Source: a virus (Duplodnaviria; Caudoviricetes). Taken from it: a stretch of 43,100 bases of DNA. The notes under the pieces were generated by a model, which saw nothing but the letters and a program-made list of their open reading frames with translations, did not search any database and was not told the DNA's origin. Below are positions 28,183 through 35,041 of this stretch, piece after piece (position 1 is the stretch's first letter; each line of letters begins with the position of its first letter). The translations under genes were made by a program, and so were the position numbers. The stretch is taken from positions 1 to 43,100 of IMG/VR virus record IMGVR_UViG_3300011412_000004. One strand, 5' to 3'.

Positions 28183-28425
28183 TTACTTGACCGCTTTAAT
28201 CGTTAGAAATATTACAACGAACAGCGTGCTTGGCAAAAGCATCAGTTTGCTAATCATATCGGACGTACCAAAGTACACCATATAGTTAGCAAATACGATA
28301 CTCACGCAAACAAACAGCAATGCGAGTCCGAAGATGCCGTGAATCGGCAAACCCTGTCGCTTGATTGCGCCTGTGATATCAGTTTTTTTATGTTTTGACT
28401 TTTCAGCCACGTCTTTCTTAGCCAT
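28183..28425 (-). CDS. Two-TM membrane protein
   Basis: GAAAGGAAC RBS; two hydrophobic helices. Confidence 0.7.
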   Translation of the reverse strand: MAKKDVAEKSKHKKTDITGAIKRQGLPIHGIFGLALLFVCVSIVFANYMVYFGTSDMISKLMLLPSTLFVVIFLTIKAVK

Positions 28426-28461
28426 ATGTAGTTCCTTTCATTAAATTTGTATGACCCTCTA

Positions 28462-28490
28462 ATAATAGCATACATCAAGCTATATGTCAA
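28462..28490 (-). promoter_or_regulatory. Near-consensus sigma70 promoter
   Basis: TTGACA-17 bp-TATTAT with a TG extension. Confidence 0.8.
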
Positions 28491-28925
28491 TCATAACTTT
28501 ACTTTATCCAGCAAGTCCTGAGTCTTTCTGTCATATAGTTCCTTGATATCTACAAAGTCATATGCTTTATAAATCTTGGTCTGATGCTTCAGTGCTAAGA
28601 AGTCATCAATCATTGTGCGACCCCACTCTTTCTCCATAAAGATGAAGTATTCCACGTAGTTACCGCCCTTGCCCTTAGGCGGATTGCCGTTACAGCCGAA
28701 ACACTGGCTATAGACTAAGCGTTCATCGAACAGCACAGCATTGGTTCTGCCCTGTATGAAATGCCCTGCCTGCAATTCTTTGAACGGGTAGTAGCGACCG
28801 CACGTCACGCACATACCGTCATTAGGTGAGCCTGTGAATCGTATACAGTCCCGTGTTCTGATATAACGGCTGAAGCTCTCCCACGCTTTCTTCTTGGCTA
28901 ACTTACGATTTGTTTTTCTAGCCAT
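28491..28925 (-). CDS. ninG: NinG/Rap-like HNH-type endonuclease
   Basis: FSRYIRTRD, CVTCG, QAGHFI, LFDE...QC..CN. Confidence 0.85.
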   Translation of the reverse strand: MARKTNRKLAKKKAWESFSRYIRTRDCIRFTGSPNDGMCVTCGRYYPFKELQAGHFIQGRTNAVLFDERLVYSQCFGCNGNPPKGKGGNYVEYFIFMEKEWGRTMIDDFLALKHQTKIYKAYDFVDIKELYDRKTQDLLDKVKL

Positions 28926-29242
28926 TCCATAAAATCTTCGTACTTATCCTTGATCCTCGTCCCGATTCCTCGCTTGTCCTTCTTCTCAGGCTTGTACAGC
29001 GTTTTCTTCTTGCCGTTTACCTTATAAGTTACTTCTCTCTGCTTCTTTTTGCTCATAGGTATATCCTCAAATGTCATTACATCGTTTTCTAATCGCCAGC
29101 TTAAAGGGAATTCATTCTTCCGCTTCCAACGGGCTACCGCATACTGGGCTTTGCGCTTGGTATCAAACATACCGAGTGATACACGCTCATTGCCATCCTG
29201 AACTCTGGCTCTCCACTTACGGTTCTCCAACGTCACTGACAT
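28898..29242 (-). CDS. AP2-like DNA-binding domain protein
   Basis: KWRARV....RVSLGMFDT...A..A. Confidence 0.65.
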   Translation of the reverse strand: MSVTLENRKWRARVQDGNERVSLGMFDTKRKAQYAVARWKRKNEFPLSWRLENDVMTFEDIPMSKKKQREVTYKVNGKKKTLYKPEKKDKRGIGTRIKDKYEDFMEWLEKQIVS

Positions 29243-29441
29243 CCGACTCTCCTTCCATATCCTTAATGGTAGTCTCTATTGTAGCTTTACGGGCTAGCTC
29301 TAAAAAGCGGTCTACGGCTCGGTGTGCGTTTGTCTCAGAGTCATAACCTTCCGCACTGTCCGCCATAATCCGTCCGTTATCAGCCAGCATCCGCCAGCGC
29401 CATTCTTGGCTGTAATCTTCATATATCTCGAATTCTGCCAT
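29217..29441 (-). CDS. DUF1508/YegP-family protein
   Basis: FEIYED...EWRWRMLADNGRIMADSAEGY....NA.RAV. Confidence 0.85.
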   Translation of the reverse strand: MAEFEIYEDYSQEWRWRMLADNGRIMADSAEGYDSETNAHRAVDRFLELARKATIETTIKDMEGESDVSDVGEP

Positions 29442-29571
29442 ACTTTTTCAGCTCTCTTTCTTCTTTAGTTTGCTTACGAGTATGTGAGACTCCCCGTCTT
29501 ATATACGTGCCTTCGGGATAAGGATCTTCTTTCTTCTTATGTTGTCGCTTACGCCTGTGGTTCTTGCCCAT
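29419..29571 (-). CDS. Small basic protein, 50 aa (MGKNHRRKRQHKKKEDP...)
   Basis: AGAAAGCGAGGT RBS; fills the operon gap. Confidence 0.5.
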   Translation of the reverse strand: MGKNHRRKRQHKKKEDPYPEGTYIRRGVSHTRKQTKEERELKKYGRIRDI

Positions 29572-29640
29572 CTTGACCTCGCTTTCTGAGAGTCTTACGA
29601 ATACGGTACTGCCGTCTGCGCTCTCGATAACCCATTACCA

Positions 29641-30060
29641 TTATTTGCCTGTCGTGTCAGGGATATCAGGCTGTACAGTCTCAGCAGGCTTTGGCGCTTC
29701 GTACTTCTGCACTGGCTGTTCTACAGGAGTTTCCTTAGGAGTTTCCTTTATTTCTTCCTTTGGAGTCTCTACAGGCTTGTCTACGGGCTTCTCACGATCT
29801 TTAGGAGCGTTCTGAGCGCACCACTCATTGCATTTAGAATGGTCGGGTTCTCCATCAGGGTTAGTCGGTCCGAGATAGCCGAACGCCTTGTATTGTCCCT
29901 TATATGCTTCAAACTCATTTTCACTTATCCTTACGGCACTCCAACTGCCTTCTTTATAGTGACAGACATTGACCTGCTGGGGCGCTACCGCCGATGCAAC
30001 GCTCATTGCTACAATGGTAAACGGTGTCATTATGACTGGTAAGATTGCTACTACGCTCAT
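29641..30060 (-). CDS. Putative exported protein with a VxVCH motif and a Pro/Glu/Lys-rich tail
   Basis: Hydrophobic N terminus; QVNVCHY; EKPVDKPVETPKE repeats. Confidence 0.6.
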   Translation of the reverse strand: MSVVAILPVIMTPFTIVAMSVASAVAPQQVNVCHYKEGSWSAVRISENEFEAYKGQYKAFGYLGPTNPDGEPDHSKCNEWCAQNAPKDREKPVDKPVETPKEEIKETPKETPVEQPVQKYEAPKPAETVQPDIPDTTGK

Positions 30061-30578
30061 CCCATAATCCTCTCTGTGTTAAATTCTTTAAGGCGTGACT
30101 GTAAGTACATACATATACCATTATACCGCTCGTACTCGTTCCTAATCTGCTGTATACGGTTCTGGACAATCTTAAGGCTGGCTTCATCTACTCGAGTCAT
30201 ATTCTTACTATGCGAATCTGCCGCACTCGGGCTAGCCTTTGGTAATTTTAGATATTGCTCATAGATAGACTGACGCTTCTCACTCAGTTCTTTATTCAAA
30301 TCACTCTCTACATCTATGAAGTTGTTCCAGAAACTGAATAGCATATTGCAATTAAGTCGCAATTTGCCAAGATAGTTACCGATTAAACCTGGGTTGTCCG
30401 AGTCATTATTCAGCTTGCCTTCGTTCTCCATCCTGAGAAGATCGCCGTGCCACGTTCTAAGATTACTTACAATATTCCTGTAGTTTTCATTACTTTCTAG
30501 TTTAGGTATCATCAGTACCTCATCAGCGCTCAAAGTGCGTACAGATGGTACTTTACCTGCTTCGTGCCACTCATTCAT
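30057..30578 (-). CDS. Helical coiled-coil protein (possible recombination mediator)
   Basis: ATGA coupling to the SSB-like gene; function is speculative. Confidence 0.5.
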   Translation of the reverse strand: MNEWHEAGKVPSVRTLSADEVLMIPKLESNENYRNIVSNLRTWHGDLLRMENEGKLNNDSDNPGLIGNYLGKLRLNCNMLFSFWNNFIDVESDLNKELSEKRQSIYEQYLKLPKASPSAADSHSKNMTRVDEASLKIVQNRIQQIRNEYERYNGICMYLQSRLKEFNTERIMG

Positions 30579-30892
30579 ACATTCGGCTTATAGAGGACTT
30601 TAAAATCCTTATACGGCTTCGGTCCGCTACCTTTCACATTACCTAAGAATTCTATTAATACTTCCGAGCCTACGGGAATCTCCTGAAACTTAGTATCAAG
30701 CACTGTACTGCCCCATACGCTTGTCGGTTCTTCTTTTTCTATCTCCTGAATCAAATAGACGTTGGACTTATTAATGCCAACATCTTCTTTTAGGGACGTG
30801 TAATGCCCTGTAATCCTATCGCCTTTGTTCTCAGGTTTCCAAGCGTCACCGCCTGCGTTACCTGCTTCTGTCCAATCTTCTTTATCTGCCAT
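30575..30892 (-). CDS. OB-fold ssDNA-binding-like protein, 105 aa
   Basis: AAGAAAGGGG RBS before ATG 30892; W.P...GD.I.G.Y, VWGSTVLD..F..I..G..V.I.FLG....YKDFKV pattern; near the nuclease and helicase genes. Confidence 0.6.
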   Translation of the reverse strand: MADKEDWTEAGNAGGDAWKPENKGDRITGHYTSLKEDVGINKSNVYLIQEIEKEEPTSVWGSTVLDTKFQEIPVGSEVLIEFLGNVKGSGPKPYKDFKVLYKPNV

Positions 30893-30907
30893 ATAGTCCC
30901 CTTTCTT

Positions 30908-31324
30908 ATAATCAGCTTCGCCCAAGTCCGCCCTACGCAATCGTGCGTGGTAAAAAATGAAAATCGTCTAAACCTTAAGTGCGTTCTAATGTAATCCGTA
31001 CGGCTCAACTCGTCAGCCTTCATAGCTGTACAGAATGGTTTAAATATCTAATGAATTGAAGAAATAGTTTGTAAGGGTGGTCAATGCCATAGGTTCGCAA
31101 AAACCTTCAGATTATAGTCTGATGCTCTACCGTTGAGCTACACCCCCTTTGTGGGGGTGATGGGAGTCGAACCCACTACATTTGCTATGGTGACATTTTT
31201 AGGTAATGCCAAACCGCTTTCTTCAAGCCGAGAAACACTGCTACGTAACAGTTATGACGTTTACGACTGTCATTCTAAAGTCGTACACAATCCTACGTAG
31301 AGCGGATAAGACGAAGCTGATTAT
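30908..31324 (-). ncRNA. ~417-nt structured non-coding RNA with a long terminal stem and a tRNA-like apex
   Basis: 31324-31285 pairs with 30946-30908 (~38 bp including 6 G-U pairs valid only on the minus strand). Nested helices: 31256-48/31029-21, 31226-10/31071-56, 31194-85/31092-80. Confidence 0.8.
31102..31176 (-). tRNA. Circularly permuted tRNA-like domain (not a canonical tRNA)
   Basis: GTGGG-TTCGACT-CCCAT (T arm), CACCCCC-ACAAA-GGGGGTG (acceptor stem closed by a loop), TA, GCTC-AACGGTA-GAGC (D arm), A, TCAGA-CTATAA-TCTGA (anticodon arm with 6-nt loop), AGGTT. Confidence 0.85.
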
Positions 31325-31339
31325 TAAAGTACTTAGTTA

Positions 31340-31633
31340 TTAAACGTTTACGCCGTCAGGAGTCTTGAAGTCGAGTTTTGTAACCCAGTTCGCTTTCTGA
31401 ATGGCAGTATCAAGTTCTCGGAGTGCTTTAGAGTACAGGTCGTACTCCTTCGTAATCTCCTTAAGCTCGATCTTTGGGACTTGGAATTTCACCTCATCCA
31501 CGGTATCTGAGACGTTCTTACGCTCGGTATGCAGTTCAAACAGACCGTTCTCGCCGTTAATCTTAAGCGGTTCTAACTGCTTGACCTTCATTTCAAGGTG
31601 TTTACGTAATACCAGTGCTTCTGCGATAGTCAT
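31340..31633 (-). CDS. DIP1984/DUF6847-like small helical protein, 97 aa
   Basis: MTIAEALVLRKHL N terminus and LRELDTAIQKANWVTKL C terminus match my recollection of the family; TAATG-coupled to the nuclease gene. Confidence 0.65.
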   Translation of the reverse strand: MTIAEALVLRKHLEMKVKQLEPLKINGENGLFELHTERKNVSDTVDEVKFQVPKIELKEITKEYDLYSKALRELDTAIQKANWVTKLDFKTPDGVNV

Positions 31634-32370
31634 TAGGCTTCGCTCCAATCTGAGTCTTGTGACCCGTTAAGTAAATTTAGTGAGCAACACACAGACTTGT
31701 CCTTGTACGGGCAGTACTGGGTTGTGCTGTTCCAAAGTTCGTGACCCTCTTTGCATAGGCATTCAGGCGGTTGTTGCGCTCCCCAAGCGCTGTTTAGTAT
31801 CTGCAGTCTGTCAAGTACTTCCATAATCAGTTCTGGTTTGATTCTGGTCGTGTAAGTAGCTATTCTACCATCTAATGTAATATAAACGTAGGTTATCTCT
31901 CGTACGGGCTGGTCGTTCTCTCTGAGCAGTATCACATAGGCGTGATTCTGAAGCTCGTGGTTCAAGTACGGCTGGTAGTCCCGTAAGTCAAAGCGTGGTT
32001 CGCCTTTCTTCCTATACACAAAGGCATAGTCGTGGACGGTCTTAACTTCGATTATACGTTGGTCCTCTTTTGAGTAATTATCATACTCGCCCGTCAAATC
32101 CAGCACTTCAGAGTCTACCCGTACATTTGATTGTACGTCAGGAAACTGAGACTTGATATGCGGTCGGATGGCTTCCTCCATCATATGACCTGCCTGCCAA
32201 CGGAGCATCTTGCCTGCGGTCGGCTTATTGATAGGCTCAATCTCTAAGCGCCTGAAGTACTGCGCCCGTGGACACTCGGCTATGCTTGAAGCGTGCCACT
32301 TCTCAAATACTCTCTGCTCGTCTGCTTTAGTGATGGACGTATACAGCTGTCCTGCAAAAGTGTCCTTCAT
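31633..32370 (-). CDS. Cas4-like PD-(D/E)XK exonuclease
   Basis: HASSIAECPR..YF, G...EE, GEYD, IIEVKT, Q..AY, and a C-terminal Cys cluster (CLC, YCPY...CC). Confidence 0.85.
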   Translation of the reverse strand: MKDTFAGQLYTSITKADEQRVFEKWHASSIAECPRAQYFRRLEIEPINKPTAGKMLRWQAGHMMEEAIRPHIKSQFPDVQSNVRVDSEVLDLTGEYDNYSKEDQRIIEVKTVHDYAFVYRKKGEPRFDLRDYQPYLNHELQNHAYVILLRENDQPVREITYVYITLDGRIATYTTRIKPELIMEVLDRLQILNSAWGAQQPPECLCKEGHELWNSTTQYCPYKDKSVCCSLNLLNGSQDSDWSEA

Positions 32371-32618
32371 TAAAACGGCTTCTTTATATTGTCTACGATG
32401 TGCTGAAGATGTCCGATAATCTCAGTCAAATCCTGCATATCGCCTACAGTTAGATTAGCCTTGTTATCCATCAGCGTACGGCTAGCGCTGTACAGCTCAT
32501 TGATAGCCCAGTCAGCAGGACTAGGCATAGTTACCTCATCTATAGGCTGATTGTCTCCTGCATCATTTGGATCTGTGATATCCAAGTCCTCTGGTTGTGA
32601 ACGTTTAAATAGACTCAT
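32370..32618 (-). CDS. Hypothetical protein
   Basis: AGAAAGGAAC RBS; first gene after the 32680 promoter; TAATG coupling. Confidence 0.7.
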   Translation of the reverse strand: MSLFKRSQPEDLDITDPNDAGDNQPIDEVTMPSPADWAINELYSASRTLMDNKANLTVGDMQDLTEIIGHLQHIVDNIKKPF

Positions 32619-32651
32619 AGGCAGTTCCTTTCTTTTAAGTTTGTTACACTT

Positions 32652-32680
32652 AGTGTAAATTATCGTACTTAAAAAGTCAA
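32652..32680 (-). promoter_or_regulatory. Sigma70 promoter for the nuclease/ncRNA/SSB operon
   Basis: TTGACT-17 bp-TACACT. Confidence 0.75.
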
Positions 32681-33582
32681 GTATTTTGCCACGTATCAGG
32701 CTTGGTCCAGTCCTCTATAATCTTGGTCTGTTCCCACTTGAAGCGTAAATAGCGGTCGTGATAGTTCAGCTTAGCGTTACGGGTCTTGAGTATCTTTACC
32801 CATAAGCCGTCCTCGTCATACTCATTGGTAGTGTCTTTACGGCTGGCTATCATCGCTATGTCAGCGTCATACCCAATACTGCCCGTCCCCATAAAGTCCT
32901 CTATCTCAATCTCAGTCCAGCTCCGCTTATTCTTAGCATCGCCTTTTCTCAGTGAGACTATGACAATAAAGGGTAACTCGAATTCCAACGCTAAAGCTTT
33001 AATCTCTTTGCTCATAACGGCTACTTCCTCAGGCTTCATACCCCTGCCTAAGTATTGCAAATAATCCAAGACTACTAAACGGATCTCGCCCATATCCTTA
33101 GCCTTAGCCAGTAAAGGCTTGATGTCCTTGTACGTCAGACGGTGTTCAGCTTGGAACATTATATCCAAGTCATCTACCGTCCCACCGTTGATATGCATAA
33201 TCCGTGCACCCAGTTCTCTCGTGAGCATCTCTAGTGTGATAAATAATACAGGATGCTGTTTCGCTACGTTTACCGCAATATTGGCGGCTAAAGCACTCTT
33301 ACCATTAGAAGTTTCTCCGCCTATCAGTATGACGTGACCTTCATCCATTCCGCCCAGCTTATCATCTAAGTTGGAATAACCTGTCCGCAGTCCCTTGACC
33401 TTACCCCACTCGTTATACTCAGTCTGAATCTCCTCTGCCAGCTCGGTAATGTGAACTATCTCATCATTCGGCTTGACTACTTCCGTAACCGCCTGCTTCT
33501 CGGCTATCGCTCCAGCGACCTCAGCGAATGCTTCATCATCTAAGCTCTGAATCTTGTCGGTAAGCCAGTCAGTCTTACCCAT
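32677..33582 (-). CDS. DnaB-like (SF4) replicative helicase, with only a short N-terminal region
   Basis: GLRTGY..LD..LGG, GETSNGKS, LFITLEM, VVLDYLQ, G.IGYDAD, ILKTRN. Confidence 0.92.
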   Translation of the reverse strand: MGKTDWLTDKIQSLDDEAFAEVAGAIAEKQAVTEVVKPNDEIVHITELAEEIQTEYNEWGKVKGLRTGYSNLDDKLGGMDEGHVILIGGETSNGKSALAANIAVNVAKQHPVLFITLEMLTRELGARIMHINGGTVDDLDIMFQAEHRLTYKDIKPLLAKAKDMGEIRLVVLDYLQYLGRGMKPEEVAVMSKEIKALALEFELPFIVIVSLRKGDAKNKRSWTEIEIEDFMGTGSIGYDADIAMIASRKDTTNEYDEDGLWVKILKTRNAKLNYHDRYLRFKWEQTKIIEDWTKPDTWQNT

Positions 33583-33826
33583 TGCTTCCCATCCACGGCT
33601 GATTCTTCTCCAGACCCATTTTCAAGCGCCACACTTCGAGTTGAGTCAATTCCTGCATATACATTCGGATTACGTCCTTCTCGCCTGCTAGGGCTTCATA
33701 TGCGCTCTTGGAGGGTTTCTTTATAATAGAGTCGCTTATGGCTTTTAACAGACCTCGGCTGACGGTAATACAGCTCAGGATAACTTCTTTTCTGTCGTTA
33801 TAAGATTCACCAAGAGTAAGCGTAAT
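33575..33826 (-). CDS. Hypothetical protein upstream of the helicase; probable ATT start (ORF track starts it at TTG 33841)
   Basis: GAAAGGAAC-TCTT-ATT, in frame; overlaps the helicase start. Confidence 0.55.
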   Translation of the reverse strand: MTLTLGESYNDRKEVILSCITVSRGLLKAISDSIIKKPSKSAYEALAGEKDVIRMYMQELTQLEVWRLKMGLEKNQPWMGSNG

Positions 33827-33858
33827 AAGAGTTCCTTTCAAATTAAAATGCTCCCTGT

Positions 33859-33867
33859 ATTATACCA
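33859..33867 (-). promoter_or_regulatory. Perfect extended -10 (TGGTATAAT) for the helicase operon
   Basis: Consensus match directly after a terminator. Confidence 0.7.
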
Positions 33868-33870
33868 CGC

Positions 33871-33906
33871 AAAAAGACAAAACCCTGCGTTGAGACTTTG
33901 CAGGGT
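33871..33906 (-). terminator. Intrinsic terminator
   Basis: ACCCTGC-N11-GCAGGGT followed by TTTGTCTTTTT. Confidence 0.65.
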
Positions 33907-34059
33907 AATGGCTGATACGCTAAACGTACCTAAGAGTCTGTTTAATATCACGATTTCTTGCGTTATTGGTGATTTAACAAACCAGTGGCAAAGGTACTAG
34001 ATGCTTTTGGCATTACGAGTTAATTTTACCATATACAAATTTGAACAAGCAGAGTAAGC

Positions 34060-34400
34060 TGAAAATAACTATTTATGTTGTGTGAAAAAGCATAAATAGC
34101 CGTATAAGAAACAGAAAACTCCTCGGATGAGGAGCTGTCTGCTTATGTTGTGTGACTTTATAATCATAACACATAAAACTTATACCAAGCACTTTTACTT
34201 TTCGAGACTACCTTTTGTGGGTATAACCCTGGCTCTGATATAAAGCCCCTATCACGTCACCCAGGTCCATTGCTTAACGGACGCTCAGCGCACTAAGACA
34301 TCCTTTAAGCAATACTCACACAGAGATGCCACCTCAATTGTAAAGTCATTCGCCGCCCGTACGCCCTGTGTAAACAAAGCATAGGAAAGGGGGTCTAATG
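34060..34400. other. Non-coding region with a 13-bp direct repeat and several stems (origin or ncRNA candidate)
   Basis: TTATGTTGTGTGA at 34073 and 34143; three-way stem at 34216-34320. Confidence 0.45.
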
Positions 34401-34408
34401 GTTAAAAA

Positions 34409-34600
34409 TTAGTCCTCGTATTCGTGAAACAGATCCAGTTGTTCTGGTGTCTCTCTGTCATCTAGTTCTGGATGATAATGGTTGCTCATAGCTGGTGTAA
34501 TTTCTACATTATGATGCACAATCATAGCTCTTAATACGGCTTTTACCGCTTCGACCCTCAAATGCTCGTGGTGTGAGCGTGGCGGATCGAATTCACCCAT
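34409..34600 (-). CDS. Hypothetical protein
   Basis: Starts 1 nt after the previous stop. Confidence 0.5.
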   Translation of the reverse strand: MGEFDPPRSHHEHLRVEAVKAVLRAMIVHHNVEITPAMSNHYHPELDDRETPEQLDLFHEYED

Positions 34601-34601
34601 A

Positions 34602-34793
34602 TCATACTCGGTTAGGTGAATCCGTTAAGAATTTATACAAGCCAGCGATAACGCCAGCGATAGTACCCCAAAACTCAGGGTCAAGGACAATGCTTGACAA
34701 CTCGGTAACGACCCAAGCGAGCAAACCTACCACTATACCTACGATAAGTCCGTATAATACGGCGGCTATGAATCTTCGTCCTATGTTGTCCAT
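34602..34793 (-). CDS. Small two-TM membrane protein
   Basis: AAAGGA RBS; two hydrophobic helices; TGCTATACT at 34826-34834 upstream. Confidence 0.7.
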   Translation of the reverse strand: MDNIGRRFIAAVLYGLIVGIVVGLLAWVVTELSSIVLDPEFWGTIAGVIAGLYKFLTDSPNRV

Positions 34794-34834
34794 CTGTTTA
34801 TCCTTTGCTTAGCTTTTATGCTTGTAGTATAGCA

Positions 34835-35041
34835 TCATTCGTGGTAGCCATTCTTGATTTTAGCGGTGGCTACGCTTGTCAAGAATGAAAGAATTATTAC
34901 AACGATTATAATACTCAAATTATCTGTCCAAGTCAGATGAATATCCAAGACATTACTAACAGTCAAAACAGCTACCAGAGTCTGTGCGGCTGATTTCAAC
35001 GCATATTCCAGCGCTATTCGCCAGAAATGCTTGGTAAACAT
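34835..35041 (-). CDS. Holin (r1t-like family)
   Basis: MFTKHFWR.ALE.ALKSAAQT.VA...LS.LTSVA; TAATG-coupled to the lysin gene. Confidence 0.8.
   Translation of the reverse strand: MFTKHFWRIALEYALKSAAQTLVAVLTVSNVLDIHLTWTDNLSIIIVVIILSFLTSVATAKIKNGYHE

Noticed and set aside
30790-31023. 77-aa ORF, and the TTG-extended start (30940) of the SSB-like gene
   Set aside because: Neither has an RBS and both overlap the RNA stems. The strong RBS points to ATG 30892.
31102-31176. Canonical tRNA gene or two-piece tmRNA
   Set aside because: The halves are in reversed order, the anticodon loop has 6 nt and there is no CCA. tmRNA is unlikely because position 3-70 is G-C rather than G-U and a full D stem is present.
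31262-31285. Group I intron core (GACT/AGTC P7-like pair) implying permuted self-splicing
   Set aside because: Only ~10 nt separate the two strands, leaving no room for P3/P8, and I could not find the P/Q elements.
30908-31324. Retron msr-msd or MITE defined by the terminal inverted repeats
   Set aside because: No reverse transcriptase or transposase is seen in the genome, and the G-U-biased mismatches favour an RNA stem over DNA inverted repeats.
31633-32370. CRISPR-Cas locus
   Set aside because: This is a solo Cas4-like nuclease; I saw no repeat-spacer array or other cas genes.
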